In this document: in pieces, positions 16,504 through 29,617 of the stretch | How the letters are laid out: every line of letters starts with the position of its first letter | Position numbering within the stretch: position 1 is the stretch's first letter | Origin: Adineta vaga | Lineage: Eukaryota > Animalia > Rotifera | Assembly (NCBI GenBank): GCA_021613535.1 | Contig: CP075494.1 | Location: 7,874,001 to 7,938,000, forward strand | Direction of reading: 5' to 3' | DNA length: 64,000 nucleotides | Notes under the pieces: model-generated | Seen by the model: only the letters and a program-made list of their open reading frames with translations | Told to the model about the DNA's origin: nothing | Database searches by the model: none | Translations under genes and position numbers: made by a program

Positions 16504-19500
16504 ATGTCGTGCTTCTCCAATACTACGTACGTAAGCGAACTCTATAGTTATCTCTAATAACGATTGGCTATATTGAGTAATACTACGTGAGTTATCAACA
16601 AACTAATTTTCTCTTTCTTTTTAAGCTATTCCCGTATACTTGTTCGTCATCATTGGCTTGTATTAAGTTTTGTAATCTTCATTTGCATCATCTTAACAGT
16701 TATCGGTGTGATTTTTACTCAATTACCAGATTTTTCTGATCCAAGAATAGTAAGAAATAAATCAGTGAACAAAGTGCATATATGTATGTTTCTTTTCACT
16801 CTTGAAAGGGATGGGGTGCACGTGGAAAAGGAACGATTTTTTCTCAACTAATGGTTCTTCGTCATGCTTCAGAAAAGTTTCGTCTCGCTTATGAATTGCC
16901 ATTAGTACCAATGAGTTATTCGGTACATTTGCTCAATTTTTCAATGTGACTGTTGACAATCTCGATGAGAATACGTATCGATCTGATATACTTGCTAAAC
17001 ATGACATATGGAGAAAGAAACATGTCAATAATCAATATGATCAATTGTTTGATTATCAAGATTTGAATGAAACTTTCTATGATAATGATCACGAAGATGA
17101 TGATATTCCTGATTATCATGATGATGATGACGAAGATAAAACTTCACAAGCATTATTACTTTATAAATGGCATCGAAATCGACATTTCGATATTAAAAAT
17201 TCTATCTTCAAATATGTTGATGATAAAATGTAAATCATTTTCTTTCGATAGTTTATAGAACTCCAATGTCATTCTTTGCTTTTTCATTTAGAATTAATAT
17301 TTCTGTTTTGGATTTTGTTAAAAATTTACCAAGATTTAATCGAACAAATTATCAATCAGCTCGTTTACCTTTCGATCTTTTTCGACCATATGCTTATCTA
17401 CTGGAAGAAAAATATCGTGGTCGAGCAGGTAAAATCATACGAAACTTTCTGTTCAATCTCGAACTTCTATATCTAATATTATATCTAGGTCGTGATGGTA
17501 TGATTGAATTCTATATGGAACGTACTGAACCAACTGCTGATCTCTTATCTCTTAAACATTTACAATCGATTTGTGCATGGGAAAAGAAATTTCAACGTAT
17601 ACTTTCACTCGATAATGTTCTAAGTTTATCCTTAGCAACATTCGTTGCTTTATATTCATCAAAAACTGATTGTCAATCAATAACTACTGATGATGTTGAA
17701 CATTTTCGTTCGATACTTCATACATGTTTACCATATTATATCGATGGTTATATGGATATTCCATTGAGTGATCAATTTTTAAATCGTGTTATTATCGAAC
17801 ATCATCCTGATTATCATACACATCAAGAACAAATTAAAGCAATCTATCCTGCTTTACGACATACATGTTTTTATAAAAATATAACACGATTTATATTCGA
17901 TCATTTTGTTGATGAACGATTCGTTAATAATTTTCAACAATCAAAGACAAATGCCAAAGTTTCAATATCAATGATTTATATATCAAATTATAAAATAAGT
18001 AAATACAATCGTACACGTGATCAAACCATGTGTTTAAGACGACAACCTTATTCAAGAAAATATTGTCGTGAACGTGGTTGTATTGATGATTATCGAAATA
18101 ATTTTACAGAAAATTCATGTCTTAGTCAAGGTCCACCATATGGTAACTGTGATAAATATTGTCATTGTAAATATCAATGTTTCAATGAAAGTGAAGAAGT
18201 TATTTTATTGACGCCGAATTTAAAAGAAAAAGAATTAGTTAACATTTTTGGCAAAAGTTTTGCTGGCCAACAAAAATTATTAGCATATAGAGATGAATTT
18301 ATTAAACTTATTGCATTTAATTTAGCGAATGTAAGAGAAAAAGCAGCTATGGCACAAATACATAAAGGTTAATTGAATTTTGTCAGGTTTTTTTTTCTCT
18401 CTAAAACTATCCATCGTTCATTTAGATATGTTTCTTGTTCTTATGGCTGCAGTTTTGATTGTTGGTATAACAATTCTCTATCTTCGAAGTGTTACTATTG
18501 CTTTAATTATCGTTATTGGGGCTATGTTATCACTTGGTGTCAGTTATTTTGTTTATCGGGTTATTTATCGTATACCCATATTTCCCTATATGAATTTAAT
18601 GTCCGCATTTATTTTAATTGGAATTGGTTGTGATGATATTTTCGTTTTCTTTGATACATGGGAACAAGAGAAAGCCAGATGGTTAAACAAACATCAAGAT
18701 AAACAAATTACTGATAGTAATATCTAAATTATTTTGTATTTCAATCTTCATAAAATTGCTTCAATTTTAGATGCAGAGATACCATTAAATAATATAAACA
18801 ATCATGAAATTCTTCCATCCAATCAAAAGATTAAACCAAGTAAATTAAAAAGTCCATCAAATGCATTTCAATCTCGTTATCGTACACGTTTATATCATGA
18901 ATCTGAAAACATACGAAAAAATTTTCTAAATGAAGAAGCATTAATTGAAATCATGTCAAATACATTAAAACATGCGGCTTCATCTATGTTTGTTACATCA
19001 TTTACAACATCTGCTGCTTTCTTCACTAATATGTTAACAAATATTTCATTTGTTCAAGTCTTTGGAGTTTATACTGGAACATGTATTTTACTCTACTTCT
19101 TTATTACAGTTACGGCTATTGCTGCATTTGCTGTAAGTATAGTCCTTTAATTCTTATCAATACCTATAGAGATTAGAGTAACTTAAACCAATTTTGTTTT
19201 TATAGGTTATCTATGAAAAACATATTATTGATATTATATCTCGAATATTCTCGATGCGAAAGAAAAAAGTTCTTCAAACTTCAACAACGAATCCACCTGT
19301 AACTTTATATCGTCGTTTTGCATTGAAATGTAAAGATATTCGATATTATATCTTTGGTTATCTTATTCCACAAATTGTGATTAAATTACGTTATCTGTTA
19401 GTTCCATTACTTTTCTGTCTCGGAATATTAGGTAGATTGTTTTTATTTTGAGAGAAAAAGTTCGATATAACGGATTTGTTTAGGTCTTATCAGTATTTTT

Positions 19501-21613
19501 CATTATCCGAAATTACAAGCTCCAAGTACTCAAAAAGTTAGTTTCTTTCTACATGGTAATCCAATGGAAAATTATGAATTTTTAATGAAAAATCAATTCA
19601 ATGGTTATTTAAAAGATGAACGTCGTTTATTCGCTTATCCAAGTGTTTCATTCATATTTGGTATACGTGATATCGATGATGGATATGTATTTGATATGAA
19701 CGATCGTGGTCATCTTCATCTAATGCCAGTTTATTTAAATCAACAAAGAACACAAGAATTTTTCAAACAATTTATTACACATTTGGGAACACGAAAGGAT
19801 TTATTTTCATCAATTCAAGATTTAGAAAAAGATTTCGATGCTTTTAATCAAGTAAAATGAATTCTTTTCTAATGAATTTACATGTAACTTTAATTTCTCA
19901 CTTATTTTTAGCTTACAACAGATAATATTCTTATCGATAAGATAGCTGATGATCGAGCTCGATTGAATACTTCGAAAACAAATCATATCGATATGATTAA
20001 ATATATTGGAAAGATTGATATGAAATTAATCGATAATTTAATAACAGAAACTGTCCGAACAATTGGTTATAAGATTCGAAATGATCAATCCGATCAAGAA
20101 GATTATATCGATAAAAAATTTAATAAAATTAATTTCACTCTTCACAAAATAAGTAATAAACAATTAACAAATTTAACACATCCAATAATAATTTATTCAA
20201 ATTATCGAAAATTATTCAATAGAACTTTAGAGAAAATCTACAAAGAACAGGTTTGTTTCACTAAGAAAAGAAGATCGAATATTCTGTTATTCAATTTATG
20301 ATAGATTGAACATAGCTATGATATAGAAGAGATTCGAAATTATCTGAATGGTTCTGTACGTGATGACTTAACTGAAGAATATCAACGTTCCGCATTGAAA
20401 ACGGCTATGCAGTGTTTAACAGGAGCAGCCGGTGCTAATAACGTACCAGCAGATTTTTGTGATAAACAACTTAATCAACAACGATCTGTTAATTGGGCTG
20501 TTTTACCTGATAAACCATCACCTATTGATGGAAGTGTTCGACCATTTGCAGTGATTATTAGCATTCGAGGTAAGAAAATTCGATTTCAAGTAGCAAATTC
20601 TTCTTGATATAGTTATCTTTCCAATTTTTATCGTAGGTTCTCTAAATCGTACAGATTATGAATCATACAATGCTTATTATTTAAAAGTGAAAGATTTCTT
20701 TGATCCATATATAAGAGAACATGCACCGGAACATTTAAAACATGCTTGGTTCTCATCACCAGGCTTTGCATTCTATGGTATTCAACGTGAATTACTTGTT
20801 GGTTCTTTTTCGTCATTAATAGCATCACTTGGTATCGCTTTATTAGTATTATTTTTAACATCCGGCAATTTATTTATTGCACTATATGCTTTACTTGCAA
20901 TTAGTTTTGCTATAGGTATGTATCCTTTTCCTTTCCTATTTTAAATAGAAACAATTTGTTCGATTTAGCTGATGGTGTCGGAATATTTGTTCTATTAAAA
21001 TGGGAATTAGGCATTGTTGAAGCAATTATTGTGATTATGGCTGTTGGTTTATCTGTTGATTTTGTTGTTCATTTTGGTGTAGGTTATATTCATACAAATC
21101 CAATAGATATTGAGAATGAAAGAGAAAGAATTCGTAATCGTCATGCATCATCAACATCTGAATCGAATGAATCGAGTAGGATTTTATTGTTTTGAATTCT
21201 GAAAATGAATTCGTCTTCTTTAGAAATAAGCTCATGTCGTTTATTATACGAAGAACAACAAGCAGAACGTGAAATACGTGTAATAGAATCTGCATCACGC
21301 GTTGGATCAGCCGTCTTCATGGCTGCATTTACAACATTTGCAGCAGGATTTTCTATGACATTATCATCGCTTAGTTCTTTTCAACGAATGGGCCAGTTTC
21401 TTATGACTATCAGTAAGTTTCTAAAAACAAATTCAAATTGAATCTTAGTTGCATATTTTAGTGTCGACATCGTGGATATTTGCTACGTTTTTCTTCTTAC
21501 CGTTATGTGCGATTATTGGTCCAGTTGGTACATGTGGTTCCATTCCATTTACAAGATTAAGGGCATATTTTCAACGATGTCGACATTCTTCTGAACCTTT
21601 AGATAAGATTTAG
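16504..21613 (+). CDS. DISP1: Protein dispatched homolog (RND / sterol-sensing domain)
   Basis: LPDFSDPRIGWGARG after TM1; SSD with FPYMNL...GIGCDDIFV; TLKHAASSMFVTSFTTSAAF; second repeat AVGLSVDFVVHFGVGY and RVGSAVFMAAFTTFAAG. Confidence 0.9.
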
Positions 21614-22059
21614 AAAGTTCTTTTGATAAATTCTAGTCAAGCTCATTCCAACAAATCTGGTTTCATTGTTTGTTCATTGTCCTTCAAAACAATTCCGTTT
21701 TTTTCTCTTTGTCAGATTAGATCATATCTCGTGATATTTGTAACTCATGTTATTATTCTTTTGCATATTAATTGTATACGAATATAATATGCAAAAAAAG
21801 AAATATCGAAATAAACATGAATATTTGAATAGGCTATAAAACATTCGTTCGTTTCTTTTGTCACTTCAAATGCTTCTCTACTGATTGATGATAATAATCA
21901 TGTTGACTTGTGTTATCGTTCTCTTCACTTGTGTAAGTGAATTGCATTATAATAGACTTTTTCTTTCGCTCGCCTATTCTTTTTCCTTTCCGAAGAAAAA
22001 AAGTCAAAGCTTTCACATATAAATATGTAGATGTTTTCATGCTGTAAATACAGAGTTTT

Positions 22060-22918
22060 ATGGGAGCGAATAAGAGTATCGTATTACCTGCAGATCAAGT
22101 CGAGCAGATCTGCCACGAAACAGGTTGATTTTTCTTTTGTTCCAAATTGCTTTTCTATTTATCAAAGATATATATTAGGTTTTACTCCTAAACAATTACA
22201 ACGGCTGTATGTTCGTTTTCAAGAACTAGGAAAACGAAAACCGGCAACTGGATTTCTTACTCGAGAAGATCTGAGAATTCGTGAAGTTGCATTAAATCCA
22301 TTAGGTGAACGTCTTGTTGATATTATTATTCAAGATCATGGTAGGCTTATTTGACAAAAATAATTTCTTCTCTTTGGATTTTACTCGTCGCATATTTATT
22401 ATTTCTAGGAAATAATAATCGTATTGACTTTCAACAATTTGCAATGGTTCTTGCACGATTTCGCCGTGGTAAAGCAACGACTAGTTTGAATACAAAAGAT
22501 GCAAAATTATTATTTCTATTCAGTGTTCGCTTTCTTAATCAATCATCAAATTGATATTTTTCCTTTTTTTTGCTTTATATAGATGTACGATCGTAATCAT
22601 GATGAGAAGATTGATCGAAATGAATTGAAAGAAATTTTGAAATTAATGGTAAATTTATTGATAATGCTATGATATAATGAACGATTGTTATTTCAATTAA
22701 ATAGGTTGGCGGAAATATTCATGATGAACAGATAGCAACAATTGCAGATCATACGATTGAAGAATTAGTAAATGACTTCGTTGATGATTTATTTAATTAG
22801 TAGCTTTGTCTATTTCTAGGATGCTGACGGTGATCTAACGATTACATTCGATGAATTCTGTAAAACATTATCGAATATTGATGTGGATGAAAAAATGTCT
22901 ATGAAATTTTTAAATTAA
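22060..22918 (+). CDS. CHP1: Calcineurin B homologous protein (EF-hand)
   Basis: MG start (myristoylation candidate), ETGFTPKQLQRLYVRF, LNPLGERLV, EF-hands YDRNHDEKIDRNE and DADGDLTITFDEF, C-terminus DVDEKMSMKFLN. Confidence 0.92.
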
Positions 22919-23071
22919 ACTATTTTGTTTTTGCAATCGAGATAAAATTCAATAAAATTTTTAAAAAATCGGCTTCTATTTTTGAATTTCATTAAGATGA
23001 TACAATCAATAACTATATCATATATTTGAAAAGATTTCTTTAATTCATTGAATATCTCTAGATATCACTCA

Positions 23072-23821
23072 ATGTCTACTAGGTCTCTCTTAAAACATAT
23101 TCAAGTCATTACATTTGATGTTCATAATGTTCTTCTCACTGTTCGTAATGGTGCTCCTCATGAATATGCAAGTTTAGCTCGTCAGCATTTAGCTCTTAAA
23201 TCCATCGAGGAGTCAGTACTTCGATCAAATTTTAGTCAAGCTTTTCCAACATTGAATACTACCCATCCAGGTTATGGTGTTCATACAAATATATCGTCTC
23301 GTCAATGGTGGACATTGCTAATTGAACATACATTCAAAGATTATCATCTATCCGTGGAAGAATTGAATAAATTAAGTCGAATTATCTATGATGAATTTGC
23401 TAAAGGTGAATTATGGGTGAAACATCCCGAAGCGGATGAGGTTTTAAAAGAATTAAAAACAAAAAAGATTCTTGGTGTTATATCAAATTTTGACGAACGT
23501 TTAGAATCACTTCTTGAACAGCATCAACTTCGGCAATACTTTCAATTTATTTTAACACCTCGAAATTGTGGAATGTATAAACCTCAACAAGAAATCTTTT
23601 CTCATGCAGTAAAATTAGCACAAGTAAAATCAAATCAAGATCTATGTCATATTGGCGATGATATCAAACTCGATTATCAAGCAGGACGAAAAGCAAATTG
23701 TCATGTTTTATTACTGACAAAAGATGAAGCAGCCAAACAACGTTTATTAAATGAACACAAAACTATCGAGCAAAATGATGTTATTACAAATCTTAAAGAA
23801 TTATTAAATATATTTAGTTAG
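23072..23821 (+). CDS. HDHD3: HAD-superfamily hydrolase, HDHD3/REG-2-like (intronless)
   Basis: Motif I ITFDVHNVLL, GVISNFDERL, KP...IF and HIGDDIKLDY. Confidence 0.85.
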   Translation: MSTRSLLKHIQVITFDVHNVLLTVRNGAPHEYASLARQHLALKSIEESVLRSNFSQAFPTLNTTHPGYGVHTNISSRQWWTLLIEHTFKDYHLSVEELNKLSRIIYDEFAKGELWVKHPEADEVLKELKTKKILGVISNFDERLESLLEQHQLRQYFQFILTPRNCGMYKPQQEIFSHAVKLAQVKSNQDLCHIGDDIKLDYQAGRKANCHVLLLTKDEAAKQRLLNEHKTIEQNDVITNLKELLNIFS

Positions 23822-24151
23822 AAATGAATTCATATACTAGCGCCATCTACGAAAAAAAATATTTTCTTTGAAAATTCTTTGAGTTTTTCTTCGAAATAAA
23901 AACGATGAAAAAATTTTTCCTATTAGAATTTTCATGAAAAATGAAAAATTATTTCAAAGATAATTTTCATCTTGTTCGTGCCGATTTTACTTCTTGAAAA
24001 TGTTTATTGGTCTAAATGACCGTCAGGTTTTTCATATGTAAAACAACATTAGAAATATTTTGTTTATTTGTTCTGTTGAGTAGTATATTTTAAGTAAAGA
24101 TTTTACTATATCTTTTAGATTTTTCTCCTTACCAGGAAATAAACATCGATT

Positions 24152-25269
24152 ATGTCGAACGAACATCTTGCTTTAAAAGGCGTTCTTGTCGGTCACAATG
24201 ATTGGGTTACACAAATTGCAACAACACCACAATTTCCTGATATTGTTCTCTCGGCTTCACGTGATAAATCTATTATTATTTGGCAATTAAATAATCAACA
24301 TGATCCAACAGGTGAAAGTACATCATGTGGTGCACCAAGCAAAGCTTTACGTGGCCATTCACACTTCGTTTCTGATGTTGTTATCTCAAGTGACGGTCTC
24401 TTTGCTGTTAGTGGTTCATGGGATGGTTCACTTCGTCTTTGGGATTTATCCGTTGGTACAAGTACACGACAATTTGTTAGTCATAAAAAAGATGTTTTAA
24501 GTGTTGCTTTCTCTGCCGATAATCGTCAAATTGTTAGTGGAAGTCGAGATAAAACAATTAAATTATGGAATACAGTCGGACAATGTAGGAATTCAACTTG
24601 ATTTGAGAAGAAAAAAACTGAAACATAATCTAACATTTTGTTTAGGCAAATATACAATTGTCGATGATAATCATACAGATTGGGTATCATGTGTTCGTTT
24701 TAGTCCAAATCAAAAAGATCCTCTTATTGTTTCAGCTGGTTGGGATAAACTTGTCAAAGTAAGAATTCGACTGATTAGGTTTTTTTCAATCGTAATCAAA
24801 CTATTTGAATTTAGGTTTGGAATTTAACTAACTGCAAACTACGTACAAATCACTATGGCCATAATTCCTATGTAAATACTGTTACAGTATCTCCAGATGG
24901 TTCATTATGTGCCAGTGGTGGTCGCGATGGTCAAGCTATGTTATGGGATCTTAATGATGGAAAACATTTATATACACTTGATAGTGGTGATATCATTAAT
25001 GCTTTAACATTCTCACCAAATCGATATTGGCTTTGTGCTGGTATGAAAACTAAGCAAAACAAAATCGAAAGAAAATGTGTATTCTCTCTTCTTCTTTTCT
25101 AGCTAGTGGAACATCAATTAAAATCTGGGATTTGGAAACAAAAACTGTGGCCGATGAAGTTAAATCTGATAAACAATGTACATCATTGGCATGGTCAGCT
25201 GATGGTCAAACATTGTTTGCTGGTTATGCTGACAAACAAATTCGAGTTTTCGAAGTTCGACAACGTTAA
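24152..25269 (+). CDS. RACK1: Receptor for activated C kinase 1 (WD40)
   Basis: [59 protein letters not shown] and [17 protein letters not shown]; 3 introns. Confidence 0.98.
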
Positions 25270-25688
25270 ATCAAGCAACAAAACAACAATTGAAGAACAA
25301 TATCTAACATCATTACGAATAACAACTTTGTTTTTGTATGACCGACCAATTTGTAATTTTGTTCTTCTTCTTGTTGTTGTTATTGTTCTCAAGAAAAAAA
25401 GAATAAGAAAAATTGATTTGGATCGTTCTTAATGAATTAACTTTTGAAAAAACAAAACAGAATTCAACGAACGATTTTCATAAGTCAAAATAAAATACAA
25501 AAATGTTATTTAATATATATATATGTATACGTAAGAAACGGTCCTTTTTTCTCTGATCTATACTAATGCAAAAGAATCTTTTGAAATAAAAAAAACAGAA
25601 AATTTTCTCATTATGCAGATCATGATGGTCGATATTCACCTTACTCTATATTTTCCATTTTCGTGTTCAGTGAAACAAAAAATTCATA

Positions 25689-25759
25689 TGCCACGGGCAG
25701 GAATCGAACCAGCTTTATCCGGACCACAACCGGATGTACTACCATTATACTACCGCGGC
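25689..25759 (-). tRNA. tRNA-His (GUG), copy 1
   Basis: Reverse complement folds as a cloverleaf: GCCGCGG/CCGTGGC acceptor stem, TCCGG-TT GTG GT-CCGGA anticodon arm, TTCGATT T-loop, downstream T-run. Confidence 0.95.
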
Positions 25760-26032
25760 GATATAGCGTTAACAGAACGAGACTTTAATCCCAAAAGGAT
25801 GTCGCATATCTTAATAAAAAGTCTTTGAACTTCAATAATTTAAACTTTAACGACAGTGCTTTTGATTCCCAAGTTCAAGTTCATGTACTTTTTTTTCACA
25901 CAGATTATAGATTCAAAAACAGACTACAAGATATTATATTTTACCATCATTTCGTCTCGATTTTGCATTTCTGAACTAAGGAAGACGAAGAGATTGTTCA
26001 TGTCGATGATTTTTGTTCGAAAAAATTTCATA

Positions 26033-26103
26033 TGCCACGGGCAGGAATCGAACCAGCTTTATCCGGACCACAACCGGATGTACTACCATTATACTACCGC
26101 GGC
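26033..26103 (-). tRNA. tRNA-His (GUG), copy 2
   Basis: Identical 71 nt to copy 1. Confidence 0.95.
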
Positions 26104-26391
26104 GATATAGCTTTACCAGAACCAGACTTTTCCCTATAGAGATATCGCATATCTTAACAATAAAAAATCTTGGAACTTTCATAATATAAACTTCAATGAG
26201 AGTGCTTTTGATTCCCAATGCCAAATTCATATACTTTTTTCTGCACAGAGTATTGATTCAAAAATATAATACAAGGTTTTTCATTTCTGAATTGAGGAAA
26301 AAGAAGAATCTTACTGAGTAAATTGGTAGTCTTTACTTCATTTTAAATGGCGAAATACTAATCAGGATTTTTTAGTCGAAAAAAATTCATA

Positions 26392-26462
26392 TGCCACGGG
26401 CAGGAATCGAACCAGCTTTATCCGGACCACAACCGGATGTACTACCATTATACTACCGCGGC
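26392..26462 (-). tRNA. tRNA-His (GUG), copy 3
   Basis: Identical 71 nt to copy 1. Confidence 0.95.
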
Positions 26463-26599
26463 GAAAACAGATTATAGAAAAGCTTTTTTTGAGATTCACG
26501 ATAATTTACAAGACTTTGTTATTTCACAAATATTTTACATTTATTTAATTAAAATTGATGTTTATAAAAACAGACGCAAATAAATCTGACATGAGAAAG

Positions 26600-27543
26600 T
26601 TAGTTTTTATTTTCTGCATCCGGTGATTTGTCACTTTCTTTCTGTTCTTCGGCTGGTTTAGCATCTGCATCCTGATCTTCATATGGCGCTTCAATTTTTA
26701 ATTGACCTTCTGCAGTTAAATAAGATTGCAGTTGTTCAACTTTTGTACCAGGTGGTAATGCAATCGATTTGAAGAAGAATGATCGTTGTGGAATATTATC
26801 ATCTTTATTTCGATGTTCGCCTTTGATAATTAATTCATTATTTTTTACTGAGACTTTGATTTCTTCTGACCCATAATTTTTCATGTCTAAAGCCATTGAA
26901 AGTTGTTTCTTATTATCAGTTGTATTGATGATTTGTGGATTCAAACCTGAATCGCATAAGAAAGCAACATAATTGAAGAGTGGATCACGATGTGTACCAA
27001 ATTGAGCTAAGTTTTGATTTTCAGACTGACGACGTTCAGGTTCGGGATTTTTTATGGGAACTTCAATAACTAACACATGATTTCGTGTCACGTATGAAAC
27101 TAAATGATCTGCATCTGTAAAAGAGAAATAATCAGTAACAAATTTGAATACAGATGATTTTGTATATACTTACCAGCATGTTCTGGTAATGGACAAGATT
27201 TTCGTACTTCTCGAATACTATAATCACCATCAGGTTGACGATCTTCTTGTTTCGCTTCGATGATTATTTTTTTACCTTCAACACGTGTTTTCATCGTTTC
27301 AAGATTGAATCCTGCAACATTATATTGAACGCGAAACTTTTCTAAATTTGTTACTCGTGCTGTATGGTTGTTATTTTGTTGTTTTGGTTTATTAATCCAA
27401 TGAACTGTTTCTGGAACGATAAATCGAGTTGGTGGTGTTGCATTTAAATCATTCCACGGGTCGAAGAAATCAAGTTGATCACCAAAACATCGACCGACTG
27501 GATCGTCATGAACACGATAACGATAAATAGGGAAGAAAGCCAT
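26600..27543 (-). CDS. Small heat-shock protein with two alpha-crystallin domains
   Basis: ACD1 KFRVQYNVAGFN...EVRKSCPLPEHA; intron 27115-27173; ACD2 LDMKNYGSEEIKVSVKNNELIIKGEH...LPPG...LTAEGQLKIEAP. Confidence 0.92.
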
Positions 27544-27683
27544 TGTTTCAATAAAACTAATTGGTGTCGAGAGAATTTATCCGTATTAAATTATAACTTT
27601 ACATGCTTTAGTTCGATACAACAATCGAATATATATGGGAAGCTTGCAATACAAAAGAACGTAGTACGAGTGACATCACAGGT

Positions 27684-27698
27684 ATTCTAGAAACTTCG
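27684..27698. promoter_or_regulatory. Heat-shock element (three inverted nGAAn units)
   Basis: aTTCtaGAAacTTCg lies 141 bp upstream of the sHSP ATG, with a TATA-like TATATA at about 27630-27636. Confidence 0.75.
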
Positions 27699-28638
27699 CA
27701 TATATTCACGCTTTTTCTTTTTCTATGGACGATCACGCCTTTATAGTGTGTGTTTATATACGTAGATAAAGTTAGGACGTTTGTCAATGTCAATTATTAT
27801 GATATGACAATATTCAAAAAAATAAAAATGTACTGAAAAAGTTAATAATTAAGATTATGCTCGTTAGATAATATATTTTTCGTTATTCTACTAATGACAA
27901 GAAAGAAAAAAAAGAGCAGAACAAATAAGTTCCTTTAGTCTAGCATTCAATGGATAGTTCAATAGCAATCTTCGTTATAAATCCAACTGTATTATTGCTT
28001 ATCGCTTATTGGCGCCACTTTAACTTTGCTACTAATTGATCACATTTTTTATTGTTCTACTACGTTACAGTAATACGCTCGAGTTCTCAAGTGATATATC
28101 ATACGGATACTGCTAGATTCTCCACTGCTGTACTATGGGGGTACCCTTCAACTGTATAAGTAACACATTCACATTAATTTTTAATTAACGTTAGCCCTTT
28201 CTCCGTTGACTATTAATTGCTCATGAATAAACGCATTAACGATAAACAGCAAGTAAATCTCCTTCAAATATGAACTATTTCATAGGAATATCCATTATCC
28301 TGTAATGTACAAAATAGGATAACTAGAGTCGTATCGTAAATTACTTACAGCATGGAATTGCTTTAGAAAAAAATGTCTACATATCCTAAATGAGATTAAT
28401 TTGACGATAAGCGAAAAGAGAGTGAGCTATCGTAACAAAACAATGTAAATGAAGATCAATAAATAGATACTTTAACTTTAAGCACTTTTCAAAGTAAAAT
28501 TAAAATGACACTCCTATTATCGTTTCCATGGACACATTTGATAGACGATATGTTTAATTCATTATCTCGACTTTATTCATTGAAATAAAAAAGATACAGA
28601 AAGAAAAAGATATTGTAGTTTGTTACTACTAGTTTTTT

Positions 28639-29617
28639 TTAATGTTGAACTTCAATTGAACGTAGTTGTGTAGGTTCAAGAAATGGTGCTTCGATTTCTA
28701 ATTGCCCATCACTATTTAAGAATGATTTCAATTGATCAGCTTGAGTACCGGGTGGTAATGAAATTGATTTTGTAAGGAATGATCGTTCTGAACGATTATT
28801 ATCATTATAAATACTTTCAGCTTGCACAAGTAATTCATTATTTTTAATTGAAACTTTAATTTGTTCGGGTCGATAATTTTTCACTGCTAATGACATTTTA
28901 ATGTGTTTGTGTCCACCACCAACATTAACAATCTGTGGACGAAAATCGGATGAACCGATAAATCCTGGATAATCAAATAATGGATCTCGAAATTGACCAA
29001 ATAGAGACAGTGTATGATTATCAGCCAACGTTTGTGATGCACGGCGTTCCAAACGTGGAGCATTAACAGGTACTTCAATGACAAGCATATTATTTGGTGT
29101 AACAAATGAAGCCAAATTTGTTGAATCTAAACAATATACAATGAATATGTATTGATTAGCTGAGACTTTACTTACCAGCATGTTCAGGAAGTTCATATGT
29201 TTTTCGAATTTCTCGAATACTATAATCACCACTTGATTGACGATCCTCTTCTTTTGCTTCAACAATTACTTTACGACCTTCGACATGTGTTCGAATTGTA
29301 TCAGGGTTGAAACCAGCTACATTTAATTGTACGCGAAATTTTTCTGAAAGAGCTGGTATTGTTGAAGTTGCAATTGGAAGAAGACTATTGCCAGCACTCA
29401 TATTGCCTGATGATGAAGTATGGAATGATGATGATGATGATCGACGTGCCATCGGTCGTGGTGCATTAATCCATCGAAATGAATTTGGAAATGTTGATAA
29501 AGCTGTTGGAAATGTATCGAAATCACGCCATGGATCGAAGAAACTTAATTGATCACCAAAGAATCGATCGAATGGATCGGTGAATGAACGATAGTGTGTA
29601 ATTGGAAAATAGGACAT
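28639..29617 (-). CDS. Small heat-shock protein with two alpha-crystallin domains (paralog)
   Basis: Same architecture and same intron position (LPEHA|, intron 29127-29175) as the neighbour. ACD2 ends LNSDGQLEIEAP with a C-terminal IEV (IxI/V) motif. Confidence 0.92.

Noticed and set aside
25613-26230. ORFs containing MPRAGIEPALSGPQPDVLPLYY and similar
   Set aside because: These are spurious translations overlapping the tRNA-His genes.
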